NCBI RefSeq assembly: GCF_016433145.1
Contig: NC_058130.1
Location: forward strand, 92,022,595-92,086,594
DNA length: 64,000 nucleotides
Reading direction: 5' to 3'
Source: Gracilinanus agilis
Taxonomy: Eukaryota
Shown: one piece after another, positions 1 through 14,400 of the stretch
Numbering within the stretch: the stretch's first letter is position 1
Layout: the number at the start of each line of letters is the position of its first letter
Notes under the pieces: model-generated
Told to the model about the DNA's origin: nothing
Databases searched by the model: none
The model's input: the letters and a program-made list of their open reading frames with translations, nothing else
Translations under genes and position numbers: made by a program

Positions 1-560
1 CCCACTCCACCCCTCCCCCCCGCCCTCCCCTCCTCTCCCTTCCCCGCCCTCTGCTACCCCCTTCGACCACCCCCTCATAAGTCCCTCCACAGTTATAGCT
101 CCCCACCCACAACTCCCCTATTCTTACATCCTGTCGGGTCCTTCCACCCCAACCCCCAACGACCCCCAGGTTTCCTGCCCCTCCCACCTTCTCCTTTATC
201 CCCCTTATCACACCCTTTTCACGCATACAATTCAGACACCCTCGGAGCTAGATCTTCCTGCTGACCCCATACCTTGAAGCACTTGGATTCCCAGTTTATA
301 CATATTTCTCTATTTTTTACTCTTCCATTGCCCTCTTTACCCCAGACTCCCCTGGCCACCTCCTTCTCTTCTTCATCCTTATTCCCATTCCCATCGCCAC
401 TCTCATTCTATCTCTATCCATTCCTACCCCTTTCCCCGCCCTCTTCCCCATCTTTGTGCTCATCTCCATCCATACCCTCATGCCCCTCCCCACCCTCATC
501 TTCATTCCCATCTGTTCTTGAACCCTACCTTACCAAGGTCCCTCTACTGACAAAACACAG
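1..560. repeat. C/T-rich low-complexity tract
   Basis: Runs of C and CT/CCT with few purines; G-rich on the minus strand. Confidence 0.8.
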
Positions 561-667
561 ATATCTCAGCTTCCTATCATATTCTACATGCTTCAGTCTT
601 GGAGCTCTCTATAGCCTCAGGTTTCTTCTCTCAGTAAGCCATATATTCATCAAGGCCACACCCCCTC

Positions 668-693
668 CAAAACAAAACAAAACAAAACAACAA
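668..693. repeat. (CAAAA)n microsatellite
   Basis: caaaacaaaacaaaacaaaacaacaa. Confidence 0.85.
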
Positions 694-1885
694 CTTGGGC
701 CTGGCATCTTTCTCATTTACTTTTCTTATGGGCTTTCTGAATCCTAACCCCACCCCACCCCCAGCTGCTCACCTGTGGAGCTTCTCAAATCCATGGACCT
801 TCAGAGCATCCACAGTCTTTCTTGAGTTTCCACTCAGGAGCTTCCTGCTTCCTCATCCCAAAGGATTCCTTCCTAATCTCCTCAACCTTCTCCCAGTTCT
901 GCCTTTGTATGACCTTGGGCAAAGAAATAACTTTCCCTTTCCAAGCCTCAGTTTTCCCATCTGTATAGTATAGTGTTTGAAGGCTCTATCCTGCTCTAAA
1001 TCTGGGTTTCTTAATTTCCCTTCTAGGATTCTGTGATCCCTTCATTGGTTCTAACCTATTTTAGATCCCTATCTCTGTGCCCTGGCACATGTTCACACCT
1101 CTGAGTGCTCTCTTCTCTTTTTGAGCCTATGGGAAAATGCAGATCTAGTTGAAAGGCCTTAGGTACCCGAAGTGTCTTGGAGCTTATGATAGCTTAGGCT
1201 TCTGGAAAGCCAGGGTCCTCTCCAAACAACCAGAGTGGGAAGATGCTGGTTTAGGATATTTCAGATGGAACTGACTCTCAGGGCAAAGGTCAGGCAGACA
1301 AAACACCCCCTGCAGGCCCTAGACTTACTCCCTCCCCCCCTACCTTCCTCCATGTGCCCAGCCCTAGGACCCTGAACCTTTCCTTTTTTTCCACTTCCAA
1401 ATTCAGATCCAATAAAGGGCTAAGGTCCTGTGAAGGAAAAAAAGATTGTTTGTGGTTTAATGGGGGTGGGGGTAGGGTGGGGTGTCACTATCACTGGCTC
1501 AGCCTGCTGCTGCCTGAGCCTAAAGGAATGTTTCTAAACAAGAGGTGACAATTGCTGCTTCTGGGAATAAGATAATCTACCCAGAGTTTTCAAATTGCTA
1601 CCTGAGCCCATTAGGACTATGGGAAGTGTATGTGTGTGTGCTGGAGAGACAGCTCCTAGTGTTGGTGTGCATAGGGAATACTACTTAGTTAGGGCTCTGC
1701 CTGGGGTCCCACAGCACTAAGCTGCTACTGATCTTTTAATGACTTAGTTGCAGCTGGGGAGGCTGCTCCTGTCCCTGGGTCCTTAGGCCCCTGGGAGCAG
1801 TGGTATTACACAAATACTTCCCCTTCTTTCCTTTTCTGACGGAAGCTATGTCTGTTTGTGGTCAGTGCTGGATAAGTTAGCCACT

Positions 1886-2005
1886 CCTAACAGTGCCCAG
1901 ACCACAGGCTACCTATCATTGGTAGGTGGGGAATCCCTTTTGCCCCCTAACAGTGCCTAGATAGCAGGCTACCTACCATTGGTAGGTGGGGAACCCCTTT
2001 TGCCC
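1886..2005. repeat. Tandem duplication, 2 x 60 bp
   Basis: cctaacagtgcc...ggtaggtggggaa(t/c)ccc...tttgccc repeated with period 60 (1886 and 1946). Confidence 0.9.
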
Positions 2006-3879
2006 CCAGGAACTGCCGGTGCTTATCTGGATGGATGATTGGTGATAATGCAAGCTGTCAGAGGAGTTGCAGAAGTCAGGAAACATTTCCTATTTGCTAA
2101 GGAAAAAGAAATCCTCAATCTGACTACACTATCCCAACCACTCTGGGCCCAAGGAGGCTCTTCTGCAAAAGATATTGGGCCAAGTTCAGACCCAGGGCTT
2201 TCTGCCAGACTTTGAAAGGCCTGCCCTTTGATTGTCTCCCTGACTGAATTTGCCCTGGAAGAGGATGGGGGTGCCTCTCTTTGGGAAGGAACCTGTGAAT
2301 GAGATAGATTGTAGTTCTCTTGCCTACTGGCTTCCTTGGGAGGAATGGGGTGGCAGTTTCCCTGGGTACCGTCAAAAGAGAGGGATGAAAAGGCAAAAGG
2401 TGGTCTTAGGCTAGGGGCCCTTCCCGTTGTCAGGCAGAAGTGCTAGGGTAGCTTATTCCTCAGTTTCTTCCTAATTTGAAAGAATGTCTTATCTTTTCAC
2501 TCATTCTATAAGTAATTTTATGCCCTTAAGGATGAGAAAGCCGTGATTTTACACTCCTTTTGGCCAGGTTCTGGAAAACCCAGGTACTGGGACTTGGAGA
2601 CCTGCTTAATGGCCAAACAGAGAAGTCTAGAATTTGGATCCCAGCTCTTTGCTTGATATTTGCATGATCCTACACAAGTTACTTGACCTTGTTGGGCCTT
2701 GGTTTCCTCATTTGTAAAAGAATGATATTGACTTAGATGATTTTTGATGTTTCCAAATCTAAATTATTATGCTTTGAACCCTTCTGACTAGTTTACTTTT
2801 CCAGAAATCATTCAGCTCAACCCTTTCATTGTACCAGGAGGAAAAAACCCTTGGTCAAGCAGCTTCTTTGAAATCACTCAGGTTTTAACTAACAGAACTG
2901 ATATTTCTGATTTTCCTTCCTGCTTCAAGTCCTATGATCTTCTAGATTGCTTCCCCTCCATGGGGCTCCACTTCCGTTCTGCAAAAAAGGAAAGAGTTGA
3001 ACTTGGTGGTTCCTAAGGACCCTTCTAGCTTTCAGTCCACTGATTCCTTGAGATCATTCTTGTAGGAGCAAACAAAAGAATCTGGCCCGTCATTAGGCCT
3101 CTTTCCTCCTCTGTCACATGGGGATAATTGTCCTAATGTTATATACCTCACAGAGATAATGTGAGGATAAATTTGAGACATAGAAATAGCTGTGCTTTGA
3201 ATCAGGAATAAGGAAACACAGATTTAAACCTTGACTATCTGATGGCAAGTTATTTTTCTCTGAACCTCAATTTTCTCATCATTAAAATGGGGATAATAAC
3301 ATACCACCTATTTCCCAGGGTCATTGTAAGGAAAGTACTTTGAAGATTTAAAGTGGCATATAAATGAGTTATAGTTACAGATTTGAGACCCTCAGAGGGG
3401 AAATGACTCGACTAATGCCATACAGCTAAGTATACACAGCCTGGGAGATACCTCTGGTCAAGTTCCCTTATGGACCTTTCAAGATTGCATTAGTTAGCAT
3501 CCATATTGGCAGAGGCAAGATTCACACCCACTTCTTTGTCTAGATGCCCTTTTCTAGCACACAGCACTTTGGAAAGGTGACTTTCCTCCATATTCCCTCT
3601 TTGTTTACCCCTGAGACCTGAGCCCAAATCTCTTGCCCTGACTAAAAGTCAAGTAGGCCCATTACCTAAACTCTTGACTCCTCTTACATTCTTCCCTCCA
3701 TGTACTTCCAGGCATGATTTTTCTTGGGTTGACAGAAGGTGAACAGCTTTTTCATGCTGTAACCTCTTCCCAGGACCTAACTCACCCATTGCCATTCATT
3801 CACCCTTCTGTTAGGCACTTCTTTTCATTCTCATGACTCCAGAGTCAACTTTGACTCTTCCTTCTTATGCCCCAAGACC

Positions 3880-5560
3880 ATTCAGAAAACATTTATTAAA
3901 TGTTTACTGTGTGCCTGGTACTGTGCTAGGTGTTAGGGATACAAAGACAAAAACACAGTCTCTGCCCTCCAAGAGCCTATATTACAGTGGGAGTAAATAA
4001 CCTGGACCCAGATGAGTAATATCAAAATATATAAAGTAAGTACAAAGCAGTTTTCAAGGGAGGAGGGCTGGAGTTGGGGTCAGGGTCAGGAAAGGTCCTG
4101 TGTACAAGGTGGTACTTAAACTGTAGACTGGCTATTCAAAGGCACTGAGGTGGGGTTAACAAGGAGGTCAGTTTGCCTGGAACAAAGAGTAGGTGATAAT
4201 GGCTTCTTACAAATGAGGAAAGCTAGGGTGCAGCTAGACTGTGAAGGGATTTAAATGCCAAAATGATGAGTTCATATTTGATCGTAGAGGAAATAGGGAG
4301 CCATTAGGGTTTCTTGAGCAGGGGTTCAACATGGATTCTTCCAGGTGGTTCCAAGGAGAAAGTTAATTCCTGATATGGGAGACCACATGCAGAAGAGAAA
4401 TGGAAGGTCATATACAAGAGATGAGCTACTAGGCTAGTTTGCCTGGAGTGTGGAAAGTTCATGAAGGGGAGTACCATAAAATAATACCGGAAAGGTAGGC
4501 AGGATCTAGATTTTTAGGACTTTAAAATGCCAGGCTGAAAAGTTTCTGTTTTATCCTATAAGCAATAGGGAACCACTTCTCTAAGGTCTTTTGAGTAGAG
4601 AGAGATAAGGTTAGATAAATGTTTTAGGAATATCAATTAGCCACTCTGAAGGATAGTTTGGAAAGGACAGAGACTAGGGTGAGGGAGAGCTATTAGGAAG
4701 TTTGTGAGATGGTCTGGGTTAGAAGTGACCAGTGCTTCAATTAGGATGGAGGCTGTGTGAATAGAGAGGAGATTGATGTAGCATATATGGTGCAGGTAGA
4801 ATTAATAACCCTTGGCATCTGATTAGATACAGGGTGTGAGGAAGAAAGAAGAATCAAGGGACAAGAAGGCCGGTGATGCCCTTAATAGAAATAGGGAAAT
4901 TTTGAGACAGGATGTGTTTGAGGAAATAGACTTCTATGGTGGAAGTATGTGATTGCTGGAAGAAAGAAAAGAGAGTCACCGAGGTATATATATTTTAAAC
5001 TGAGGAAAAGAGAACAGAAAGACAGCTAAAAAGAAGGCAAAACAAGCAGGTTGAATTATAGTCTAAAAAAGAAAAGAAAAGCAAGCTGTATATATTAGAG
5101 ATCTTCAGGTTTCATGTACAGTGTTCTTTTGGTGTTCTACTCATATGTGGAAATCCCCGTTTCATTTGGTCTTTAATTTCAGAATAAACATAAAAAAAAA
5201 AACCCTTAACTCTAGTTTTATTATGAAGACTGGAGTTGAGGAAAGAGATTAGGCCTAAATATACAGATTTGGGAATCATTTGCATAGAAATGAAAATTGA
5301 AGCCATGGTGCAGATGAGATCACTAAGGGGCAAGTGTAAAGAGAGAAGAGGGCCCTGGACAGAGTCATGAGTAATGTTTAGAGTGCACTGGACAAGACTG
5401 ATGATCCAGCAGAGACTAAGAGCAGCTATCAGACAGGTAGGACAAAAACCAGGAGAGCAGCATTAAGGAAGCTAAAGGAGGAAAATATTCTGAAGGAAGG
5501 TGATCAGCAGGGTTAGAACTGGCCAAGGATATTAAGTAGAATAAAGACTAAGTAATTGGG
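3880..5560. mobile_element. Decayed L2 (LINE-2) fragments
   Basis: L2-like 3' motif catttattaaatgtttactgtgtgcctggtactgtgctagg... followed by purine-rich L2-like body; boundaries approximate. Confidence 0.55.
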
Positions 5561-5837
5561 TTTTGGAAATAAGATCATAGTTTCATAGATTTAAAATTCA
5601 AAAGGACTTTAGAGGCTAATGAATCTAGACCCCTCATTTTACAGATGAGGAAACTGAGGCAGAGAGGTTAAGTCACACAGTAAATTCTGAGATGGAATTT
5701 GAGTTGAGGCTGTTGGGGACTTTGGAGATATGGACATTTTATATCAAGCATTTAAAACCTTTTAAGTGCCTATTGTGTCAGACACTGGGGGAGAGTGACA
5801 GAGAGGCAGTCTCTGCCTTCAAAAAGTAGGCATTCTA

Positions 5838-6020
5838 GGGGGCAGCTGGGTAGCTCAGTGGAGTGAGAGTCAGGCCTAGAGACAGGAGGACCCAAGTTCA
5901 AACCCGGCCTCAGCCACTTCCCAGCTGTGTGACCCTGGGCAAGTCACTTGACCCCCATTGCCCACCCTTACCAATCTTCCACCTATGAGACAATACACCA
6001 AAGTACAAGGGTTAAAAAAA
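5838..6020 (+). mobile_element. Young marsupial SINE (SINE-1_MD-like, variant tail)
   Basis: ggggcagctgggtagctcagtgg head, CORE, A-tail; perfect 17-bp TSD AAAAAGTAGGCATTCTA at 5821-5837 and 6021-6037. Confidence 0.9.
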
Positions 6021-6124
6021 AAAAAGTAGGCATTCTATTGGGAATTTCCACAAATTTATGCATAGAAGATAATTATTAAATAAATACATAGTAATTGGGG
6101 GATGGCAGAGGGAATTGGGGAAGA

Positions 6125-6331
6125 TTTTTTTTTTTTACCCTTACCTTTTGGTCTTAGAATCAATACTATGTATTGGCTCCAAAGCAGAAGAGTGGTAAGG
6201 GCTAGGCAATGGGGGTTAAGTGACTTGCCCAGGTGACTTACATAGCTAGGAAGTATCTGAGGCCACATTTGAACCTAGGACCTCCCATCTCTAGGCCTGG
6301 CTCTCAATCCACTGAGCCACCCACCTGCCCC
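6125..6331 (-). mobile_element. Marsupial SINE (SINE-1_MD-like)
   Basis: T-run, acccttacc..., aagtgacttgcccagg, ends ccactgagccacc...tgcccc. Confidence 0.9.
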
Positions 6332-6619
6332 CTAGGGACGATCTTAAACAAGGTGACACTTGGCCCGAGCTGGGGGTTCAAAGAGGAAAAGGTGAGAAAG
6401 GAGAGCCCTTCAGGCCTACAGACATAGGATTTACTCTCCCCAGCCCTCCCCTGTCAAGAATGTAAGCTCCTCAAGGGCAGGGCCTGTATCAGTTTTCATC
6501 TTTCTATCCCTAGGGCTGAGCCTAGCACATGATAGACACTTAATACATGTTTAAAATGAATTATCCTCTGAAGACATCCTTTCTGAAGGCTACACTAAGG
6601 GTGATTGTGTTGTCCTTAA

Positions 6620-7819
<1,200 letters not shown>

Positions 7820-10072
7820 TTGACTCAAGGTCCAGTCCAGGGCCCATTTCCCTCTGACCCAGCCAGTTCACACACCACTGCCCCCCTCCCTTCCACTCAT
7901 CCACCCTCCCCTGTGGAAAGGGGGAGTGAGAGACTTTGATTCTCCTGTCGGTGGCTGGAGCAGCAGGGGTGTTGGGTGACAGTGTTAGCTGATACCTGCA
8001 GACTCTGGGCAGCTTGCTCCATTCCTGTTTCAGGCTCTGGCCACCAGACCCCCTGGGACTGCCTAATGAGCTCTGAGCCACATTCAGAAATGCAGGGAGA
8101 TGCCTCCCCCATCCTAAGGGAAAGAGCAGGGTCTTACTACCTGCTCTCAAAGAGCCACTTATGGCCTCACCCCAACAGACCTTCCCCAAACCCTTGGGGG
8201 AGGCAGTTTTGTCATGACGTGATGCACTGTGATTTGTTATTTTCCAAGCTCTATGTTTACTGATTTCATTTTGATCAAGTTTTATATCTTTATATGCCCC
8301 CTTTACCCCCACCCCAGGCTCTGTCTCTTCCATCAAGCTCAGAACTTGGGGTTTCTTCCCTCTTTTCAGAATGCATCTACAATTCCTCTTGTTTTGGGTC
8401 CTCTCCATGCTTCTAGGAAAGTTCTTGCCACTGAAAGAGTGGCAAGTGGATTGATTTCAGGAACAGATTCATTGACAGCCCTGGCTCTTTCCTTCTACAT
8501 TAGTGCCAGGGGACAGGTCTGTTGCCTGCCTACCTGGTGACCATCACCTCGAGTCCATTGATCTCAGTGAGGCATTTCCTAAGTGCTGTTGGGGGTGCAG
8601 CAGAGGGAGCCAGCTTGTAAACTGGCAGGTGATACAATGTTTGGGATTTGTTCTAACTTCCTTTGGGTGTTTATGGGTGTCTGCCTTCTTGGAGTTTGCT
8701 TCTCTGGGTAGATTTGGGCAGAGACCAGCCCATTCCTCCTGTCCTGAGACTACCTGGGCTTGAGCCTTGTGAGCAAAAAAGAGAATCAGGTGGCCAGGCC
8801 ATTCTTTCTGTAAGATCCTAGGGGAGCCTGCCAGGTGAGTAAGTATAAGGTTGTGACCCTTGAGCTGCTATCTCTGCCAAGAGAAGAAAAGAGGAATTTT
8901 TTTTTTTTTTGGTCTACTTTTTCCCTGGGGACAGAACCAGACAGTGACTCCTTGTCTCCCATCCTTGCACACCATGAGTCTGTGGGCAACCATCCAGAGC
9001 TTCAAGGCCTTTCCTCAGGGCTGCTGTTTCCCTCCTGGCTGCTACTTTTCCCCCCCAGGGCCTTATCTCTAAATCCCTGCAGCTAGACCTTGAGGAATTG
9101 TGGCTATCTAGCCCCAGCCTTCCCACCCACCCCCACCCCCCCTTTCCCTTCATCCTTCCCAAGAATCTGGTCTCCTCCTCCCCTCCTTTCAACTACTCTA
9201 GAGTCTTGGCCCTGAGAGTGTGTGTTGAGGGAGAGGGGAGAGTGGGAAGAGATCTGTTCTGTCTCTTCCCACTGGGAACAAAAGGATAGTTGGAGGCAGG
9301 AGTGGCCTGGAGGACCAATGGTCATTGTGTCTCAGGACCAAGACTTTGAGGCCTTAATCCACCTCAGACCCCATTGTGGGCCTGTGGAACAGAGCCGGAA
9401 GCGATTGAGCCAGGTCAAGCCATGCCCCTTCCCAGTTAGGGGAGTATTCTGTTTCCAGGTTGGCCTCTGGCGCCAATCAGGCAATGATGGCTGCAAAGAA
9501 AGCTTCTGGGTTTGGGGCCTGTGGGAGAAGTTCTCCACTAGCTTCACATTCATACAAGTTGGGGAGACTAGGGTAATGACTGAAAGGTTTAGTCACCTCC
9601 TTGGCAACAGAAAGTATTTCCCAGCTGGACCCCAGACTCTCAGATGGGGGGCTGAGCTGGCACTCCCCCCCTCAAATTTGAATCCAAACAGTGTCCCCTT
9701 CTCCCTTCATCCTGCCCTCAAGTCATCCACCCTGTCCTTGCCCTCTGCTATCTATGGGTCCCTCAGAGTCCATAGTGGCCATGGTGGGGGTGGAGCCTAG
9801 AAGGCAGGTTACCATTCCTTTCCTGGTTGGTGTCCTTTGTGACTTTGGGAAACTCAAGGACCAGACCCTTATCCCTGCTGCGTGTTCATTGGTTTGTTTG
9901 TGACGTCTCCACGGATGCGGATCTGTGATGTTCGGTATGCAGTTGTGGCCTGTGAAGAGTGCAACTGACTTCAGGGGAAGGCCCTCAGGCCCCTGAGGTC
10001 TGGGGTCTCACTGGTGTTTTAAGTTAAATGGGAATTATTGACCACTTGCAGGCCACTTGTTCTGCTGTCCTC

Positions 10073-10078
10073 AGTAAA
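10073..10078 (+). terminator. Candidate non-canonical poly(A) signal (AGTAAA) for CCDC71
   Basis: I found no AATAAA or ATTAAA between 7819 and the LAMB2L 5' region. This AGTAAA is followed by GU/U-rich tgtgtctgagtcctttttcc. Confidence 0.3.
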
Positions 10079-10619
10079 TGGTGCTTCATCCTCTGCATCT
10101 GTGTCTGAGTCCTTTTTCCCCCAGACCTTCCCAGTGAGGAGCTGGCATCTGAGGGGATTGAAGGTTGGGGTATAGGGTGGGACCACCCCTGATGGAGGTA
10201 AGAAGTAAGAATGCAGACGTGGAGAATTTAGGAATATTCCCTTCAGTTTATCTTCTGGGACTACTTAAAGCTGGAAGATTTTAGGAGAAAGATGAGAGGC
10301 CCTTATTTCTCTTTCTCCCTGGAAGAATGGCGGGCGAATCCCCTTGGATTGACCCATTAGAGGCACCCAGAGAAATGGGGGAGGGGGTGTCATAGATTGT
10401 TTTGCAAGGTCTACTGCATGTGCTAACTTTTGGGTCATAGGGGAAAGTTTCAGTGAATCTAAGGCAAAAATACTCTAGCCCTTTCTCTATTTTTCTGACA
10501 CTCTCCCCCTCTTCCTCCCATCTCCACCTAGACACTAGCTCTTTCCAAGAGAGGGTTTAAGAATTTCCCTGGCTCCTATACCCTTGTCTGGCCCCAGACC
10601 TCTTTACTGTTCAGCTTCC

Positions 10620-10888
10620 CTCCCCTCCCCTGGGCCCCGAGCTCTGAATGACATTCCCCAGAGGTGCCTGGAGACGCTGCTTTCCCGGGCTGGATGGGGA
10701 GGGGGTTAATTTGAATGAGAATTTGCTCCTTTCAACCCAAAGGGCTGGGGCGGGGTGATGGGGAGTGGCAGAGTGTGAGAAGCCTCCAGCACCTGCCTTG
10801 ACCAACACTGGTGTCTGCAGTCTCATCCTCTATAGATCTACACAAATATACTTTAGGATCTGACAGTGGTGGGCTCCAAAATGTGAGT
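10620..10888 (+). promoter_or_regulatory. Candidate LAMB2L promoter and non-coding first exon
   Basis: GC box GGGGCGGGG at 10747-10755; strong donor aaat|GTGAGT at 10883; matching acceptor tttttctaccacccatctcctag at 11243, just upstream of ATG 11266. Confidence 0.45.
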
Positions 10889-11265
10889 ATGGTATGGGGG
10901 GATGGAAAGAAAGTGGACTCAGAGTGGGGGGGGTGGTTTAGCACTCTGCCCCCACCTGTTCAAGCCCAGGGATGAGTAGAGTAAGTCTTTTCCCCTACCT
11001 CTGGATCTTTGTTGGCCTCAAGAGGTGTGAAGGAGTTTGCAGTGCTGGGGAACAGCCTGGATTAGGGTTGGGCTGGGGAGTCTGGTATAGCGGTAAGTCT
11101 TGTTTGTCTCCTCTGCCTTGTGTTCTCTGCTTACCCCACTTCTCCTTACTGGTCTCCAAGATGTGAATTGAGGTGGGTGGGGAAAAGGTTGGGTTGAAAG
11201 GAGACTGCCTGGTGGTGGTCTTTTTCTACCACCCATCTCCTAGAGGAGCCTAGGAATTAGGTAGT

Positions 11266-11404
11266 ATGGAGAAACTTCCCTCACTCCTTCCCCCCAGGCC
11301 TAGCAGGGGAGCAGGGAGCCTGAGCCATCTGTACTGGATAACCGATACTCCCCATCTCTCAGCCACAAACCAAGCTGGCCACTGCTTCATCCTGCTGCTG
11401 CTAA
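11266..11404 (+). CDS. LAMB2L: LAMB2L coding exon 1 (leader / signal peptide start)
   Basis: agtATGG Kozak; MEKLP...GHCFILLLL; phase-1 donor A|gtaaag at the same position as in LAMB2 exon 1; an alternative start is possible. Confidence 0.55.
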
Positions 11405-14400
11405 GTAAAGAGGATGGGCCGGGAGGAAGTCAGAAGTGGGTGGGTTGTTTGTCCCTTATGTGGGGTGTTGTATTCCCTGGGGGGATGGTCCTTGGAATTT
11501 CTGTTTAGGGCTCTGCCTCCCCTCTGGTCCTCAGTACAGATAAACTATGCCTGTACCCATGAAGTGCCTGACCTTCTGCCCCGACCTGGCTGCTCTGGAG
11601 GAAGCTGTTACCCTCCCACTGGCAATCTAGTTGTAGGCAGGAGCCAGAGTCTCCATGCCTCATCCACCTGTGGTTTGAGTGGGCCTGAGCCCTACTGCAT
11701 TGTTAGCCACTTGCAGGTGTGTATTTTTCTTTGCTAGCAGCCCTTAAGAATGAGGTATGACTCCCAGAGGGAGAAGGACCAAAGTCTTCTAAGAGACCCT
11801 TGAGGATAATGGGTCCAGAACTTTGAGGGTGGAAGAACAGGGGTGAGAAGTTTCCACAGGAGATCCTGGGGAGTTTTCTCTTGGGAGGGGGAGTGAACTT
11901 AGGGGGTTTGATGAAGGGAAACTGTGGACCCTGACCCCCATCTTCTTCTATCCAGGACTCTGAGAAGTGCTTCTTCTGTGACTCAAGGGGCCAGGGAGGC
12001 CATAGAATCAAGAATGTGATCTCCTTAAGTGGACCTGATGGGGAAAGAACATGGTGGCAGGCAGAGAGTGGTGAGGGGATGAGGCATTTCAGGTGGCAGT
12101 GGAAGAAGGAAAGGGGAAAGAAGAGGAAAGGGGTGGGGGAGTCAGGAATGAAAAGCATGTGAGGCAATGGGGTCAAGAGCTGGGCTCTCAGTAGAGTTAT
12201 GGGATAGGTAACAGGGTAGTTCTGACTAGGTCCCTGTTGGTTCAAGGTGTGGAAAATGTCAGTATCCAGCTGGACTTGGAAGGCGAGTTCTACTTTACCC
12301 ACCTTATCATGACCTTCAAGGTACTGAACGTATACCCCTCTAGTTTTAGATGCCATTGTGTTTTTTTCTCATGTGAATCTTGACCCCTATGGATAGGGTG
12401 ACGGGTCTGGAGTCAGAAAAATGGCTTCAGATGCACATTAGCTATGTAACCCTAGGCAAGTCACTTCACCCCTGATTGGCCCAGTTTCCTCAAACTGGAG
12501 ATAATAATGTTTACCTCCCACTGTTGTTATGATGATCAAATGAGATAATAATTGTAAAGCAAATACTTAGCACAATCCTTGGCTCATACATGTTAGCTAT
12601 TATTTCCCATTCCAAGGGTCCTAACCTTGGTGATTCTTTGTCCTGTGCCTCCAAGTCCAGTTACTTCCTAACCTCTGACCCTGTAGTGACTTCCAACCAT
12701 AGAAACACCTTATTCATTCAGCCTGTGCCCCTCACTCTGATACACTTTCCCCCCAGACTTTTCGCCCAGCTGGTCTACTCATTGAGCGTTCAGCAGATGG
12801 AGGTCATTCCTGGCGAGTTTACCGATACTTTGCTCACAACTGCTCTGGCCTCTTCCCTGGGGTACCCCTTACACCTGGCCACAAAGTCAGTGACCTCGTT
12901 TGTGATCAGCGATACTCAAACATTGAACCATCAAGTCAGGGTGAGGTCAGTCCTCTTGTAGAAAGGAAGGATGAGAAATGGGTGGAGGTTGTCAAGGGCT
13001 AGAGTTCAGTGGTCAGAATTTCAGGTCCTATTTCTTGCCCTTATCAGGTAATTTTTAAAGTTCTGGACCCAGCTATTCCTGTGGCAGATCCCTATAGTCC
13101 AGAGATCCAAGGTAAGCGACCTTTCTGATGCCCAGGCCATAAACCTTAGGTACCTCTACCCCTGAGACTCTTCCCCACACCTCTCATACTTTGAGACTCC
13201 CTACCCCCACAGATGCTGAGGCCCAGGGTGAGTGCCCCCTGTAGTTCCTTGTGACCTCCCTTAGAGGAGCATGAATCAAGTCAGAGCCATCTAGTCTGAA
13301 AGAGGTTTCCTTGACAACAACATCATTCCGTAGCTGCTTTCCCTCAATCAATGCTTCCCTCCAGGCATTAGCATTTTACAATGTTTTTGACACAGTATAT
13401 TTTTTTCTTTCTTCCCTAAAGCAAAGGCATCTAATGAAATGATAGAGCAAGCTGAGCATATTTCTTAAAGGGGCCTCATCTTTTCCTTCTCTGAACATCT
13501 TAATTGTTTCTCAGAAAACTATTAACAGCTTCTAAATAAGGGTACATAGTGGTGCCTTCACAGAAAGATTAGGCATGTGGATTCATTGATTTTTAGAACT
13601 GGAGGGGATGGGTTGTTAGAGACTATTTACTCTAAACCCCATAAAGGAGGAAACAGGAATTGAGAGGTAACAGGAATTAGCTTGGAACTAATTAATGGCA
13701 AAGCTGGAAGTCCAGCTTGGATCCAATACCCTTGCCAATGTACCATATTACCTTAGGAATAGATAGTATACAATTCTGGGAATAGCAAGTGACAGGGCTG
13801 GGCTGGTTAGCAAGAATGTGGAGTGATGGGGAAAGAACATGGCGGCAGGCAAAGTGTGGTGAGAAGCTGAGGGGTTAACAAAGGGATTAAGCTGTGCTTG
13901 GAATGATCTATTGGTATGATTCAGTTAGGCCTACCGTAGGAGGAGCCAAGATAAGCATTGTGGGCAAGGAAGAGTGAACAAAGAACGGGAGGCTGGACTG
14001 AGCTGAATGTATTGGGGAGGGGGGGAGGTGGACTTGATTGGAGCATAGGGTAGGAAAGGCCCTGTCAGGTCCCAGCTCTGCCATTTGTTCTATATCCAAT
14101 AACAAGTTATGGTTAAGAGACCAGTCAGGGTTATATGGTCGGATATGTGAGTCAGTATGTCAGAGACAGGACTTGAACTCATGTCTTCTTGGCTTTGAGG
14201 CCAGTTCTCTACTACAACAGGCTGCCTTTCCAGTTACAAAATAGGGATGCTAATATTCATACTCCTTATCTCTGTTTAGATTGTGAATGGTCTTAAATAC
14301 TTGACTAAGGAGTTTGGACCTTATCCTGTTGGTAGTGAAGAGTCATTGAAAATTTCTGAACAAGGGGGTACATAGTCACACCTCTGAATTATTTTGGTAT

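Noticed and set aside
274-747. 157-aa Ser/Pro-rich ORF
   Set aside because: By-product of the C/T low-complexity tract and a microsatellite; no family resemblance
1886-2005. CRISPR-like look (palindromic repeat units)
   Set aside because: Only two units, whole units are duplicated with no unique spacers, no cas genes, mammalian DNA
5838-5910. tRNA-like sequences at SINE heads
   Set aside because: tRNA-derived SINE promoters followed by CORE and A-tail; no complete cloverleaf
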